Source: Vicugna vicugna
Taxonomy: Eukaryota
Direction of reading: 5' to 3'
DNA: 64,000 bases
NCBI GenBank assembly: GCA_013265495.1
Contig: MU057632.1
Coordinates: 1,100,054-1,164,053 of the forward strand
Positions 62,530 through 64,000 of this stretch are shown one piece after another; positions within the stretch are counted from its first letter, which is position 1; each line of letters starts with the position of its first letter. The notes under the pieces are model-generated. The model worked only from the letters and a program-made list of their open reading frames with translations, searched no databases and was not told the DNA's origin. The position numbers and the translations under genes were made by a program.

Positions 62530-63200
62530 AGCTACTCTGAATGAGTTCAAGTTTCCAGGCTTTGATGAATTTCATTCCAAGGTACTAAAAATACTTGCAG
62601 GTATGACTACATAATCAATGTTGGTAATTATATGGAATTGTGGATCAAAGAAGAGGTGGTAGAAGGTAAGAGATGATCAAACTTTCAATTTCCAAAATTT
62701 AGGAAGACAGTGGATTCTGAGATAATGTGAAACATAAACTCTCCATAAGATTCTAGAATGGTTTATTAGGCAGATAACTTGTGAATAACTGATAAAAAGG
62801 GTTTACTAGAACCGTCAGGAATCTTCTGAGCAAATTATATGAGCAAACCACATAACCAAATTAACTTTATTTCCTTTTAAAAATACTGAAAATATAGTGT
62901 AGTTTGAGGCATTTATAACTTTCTCTCATGAATATGTTGTGGACATAAGGAAATAAATTGTGAAGTTGGTTCATAGTCTTGATGAGAGTGTTCAAATAAC
63001 TTTGTCTTGGGCTCTGTGCATTTCATATTTCATCAACTTAATTGACGATAAACGTGCCATGTTTAGCACATCTGGACACAGCAGAATTAGGAGGGTGATT
63101 AACAGGTAAGTGGAGAAATCAGAAATTTAGAAAAACACAATAGATTCAAATAATGAGTTAAAATGATATCAAACCAAAATTACATAAAGTTCTGTAATAA
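62530..63200 (+). mobile_element. CR1/L3 LINE ORF2 relic
   Basis: ctgaatgagttcaagtttccaggctttgatgaatttcattccaaggtactaaaaatacttgcag reads LNEFKFPGFDEFHSKVLKILA, matching the CR1 RT-proximal motif (KSPGPDxxHPRVLKELA). Confidence 0.75.
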
Positions 63201-64000
63201 ACTAATAGAAAACATCAATCACAGAGCAAAGACCTAAATTAATTTGGGGCTTAAAAACTAGTCTCTGCTTTTACTGAGTTCATACTGACAGGCAGGCTGA
63301 AGGCATTGCTTTTTGTTTTCTTCTCATTTTGCTTATTCATCTAATAAGTCTGTCCACATTAAGGGATTGCTTTTTAGAAGGGAACAGTGCTTGTGACAGT
63401 GCTGGTTTGACAGGAATCGGCCAGCCTAGTTTAGGCTGATTCAGGGCCCCAGACTGTGGCTGGAAAAAGAATGGGTGAAAGATTTACAAAATAGGACATT
63501 TGTCCAAGTCCTGAGGTTCAATGTTTGAAGCAAGGGTCAGCAAAATTGAGCCTGAAGGTCAAATCCAGTCCACTAGCTTTTTTTTTTTTTTTTTTAAATA
63601 CAGCTGGTGAGGTCAGCGTGGTTTTTACATGTTTAAATGGTTGGAAAAAAATCAAAAGAAGTATAGCATTTCATGACATTTGAAAATTACGTAAAATTCC
63701 AATACAAGTATCAATAAATAAAGTTTTATTGGAACACAATCATCACATCTTGCCATTAAATACTCCTCTACTTCATTCTTGGTGACCCCAGAGCATTCTT
63801 TTTTGAACAGTATATTTGATGAATTTTTTAAAATGCTTTAGTAACCAGTACTAATTTTTCCACAACAAACTTCTCATGTCCATCGAACTAACTGGGTAGA
63901 GAAAGAAAGTTCCCCTAAGTCCTACTTCTTTAAAACATTAAAGCTTTGTTGGGTATAATCATAACAATTTGTGATTCCAGAATTTATGTTATAATTGTAA

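Noticed and set aside
1..64000. CRISPR arrays, operons, rRNA or other prokaryote-type systems
   Set aside because: This is eukaryotic intron and intergenic DNA. No regularly spaced repeat-spacer array or dense coding region was seen.

Overview
Mammalian genomic DNA, almost certainly camelid (alpaca, llama or camel), judged from seven tRNA-Ala-derived Vic-1-type SINEs. The only recognisable gene is the 5' end of RIMS1 on the minus strand. Coding exon 1 (39486->39323, 164 nt, MSSAVGPRG...EEAMLK, GTAAG donor) sits in a CpG-island promoter. Positions 1-39322 are intron 1 and positions above about 40.1 kb are upstream intergenic DNA. The rest is mostly interspersed repeats (L1, L2, CR1/L3, MIR, MaLR/ERVL/ERV1-type LTRs, Tigger and hAT MITEs); almost all ORFs in the supplied track are spurious. 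I see no evidence for a new multi-gene system. The best leads are small: (1) a TSD-bounded chimeric SINE carrying a 222-bp foreign GC-rich insert, (2) a TSD-bounded retrocopy made only of an L1 5' end, (3) a good-Kozak uORF in the RIMS1 leader that reads the (GCC)8 repeat as poly-Ala, and (4) two substitutions in the RIM1 Rab3-binding helix region. Repeat family names come from recalled consensus sequences, and boundaries without TSDs are approximate.
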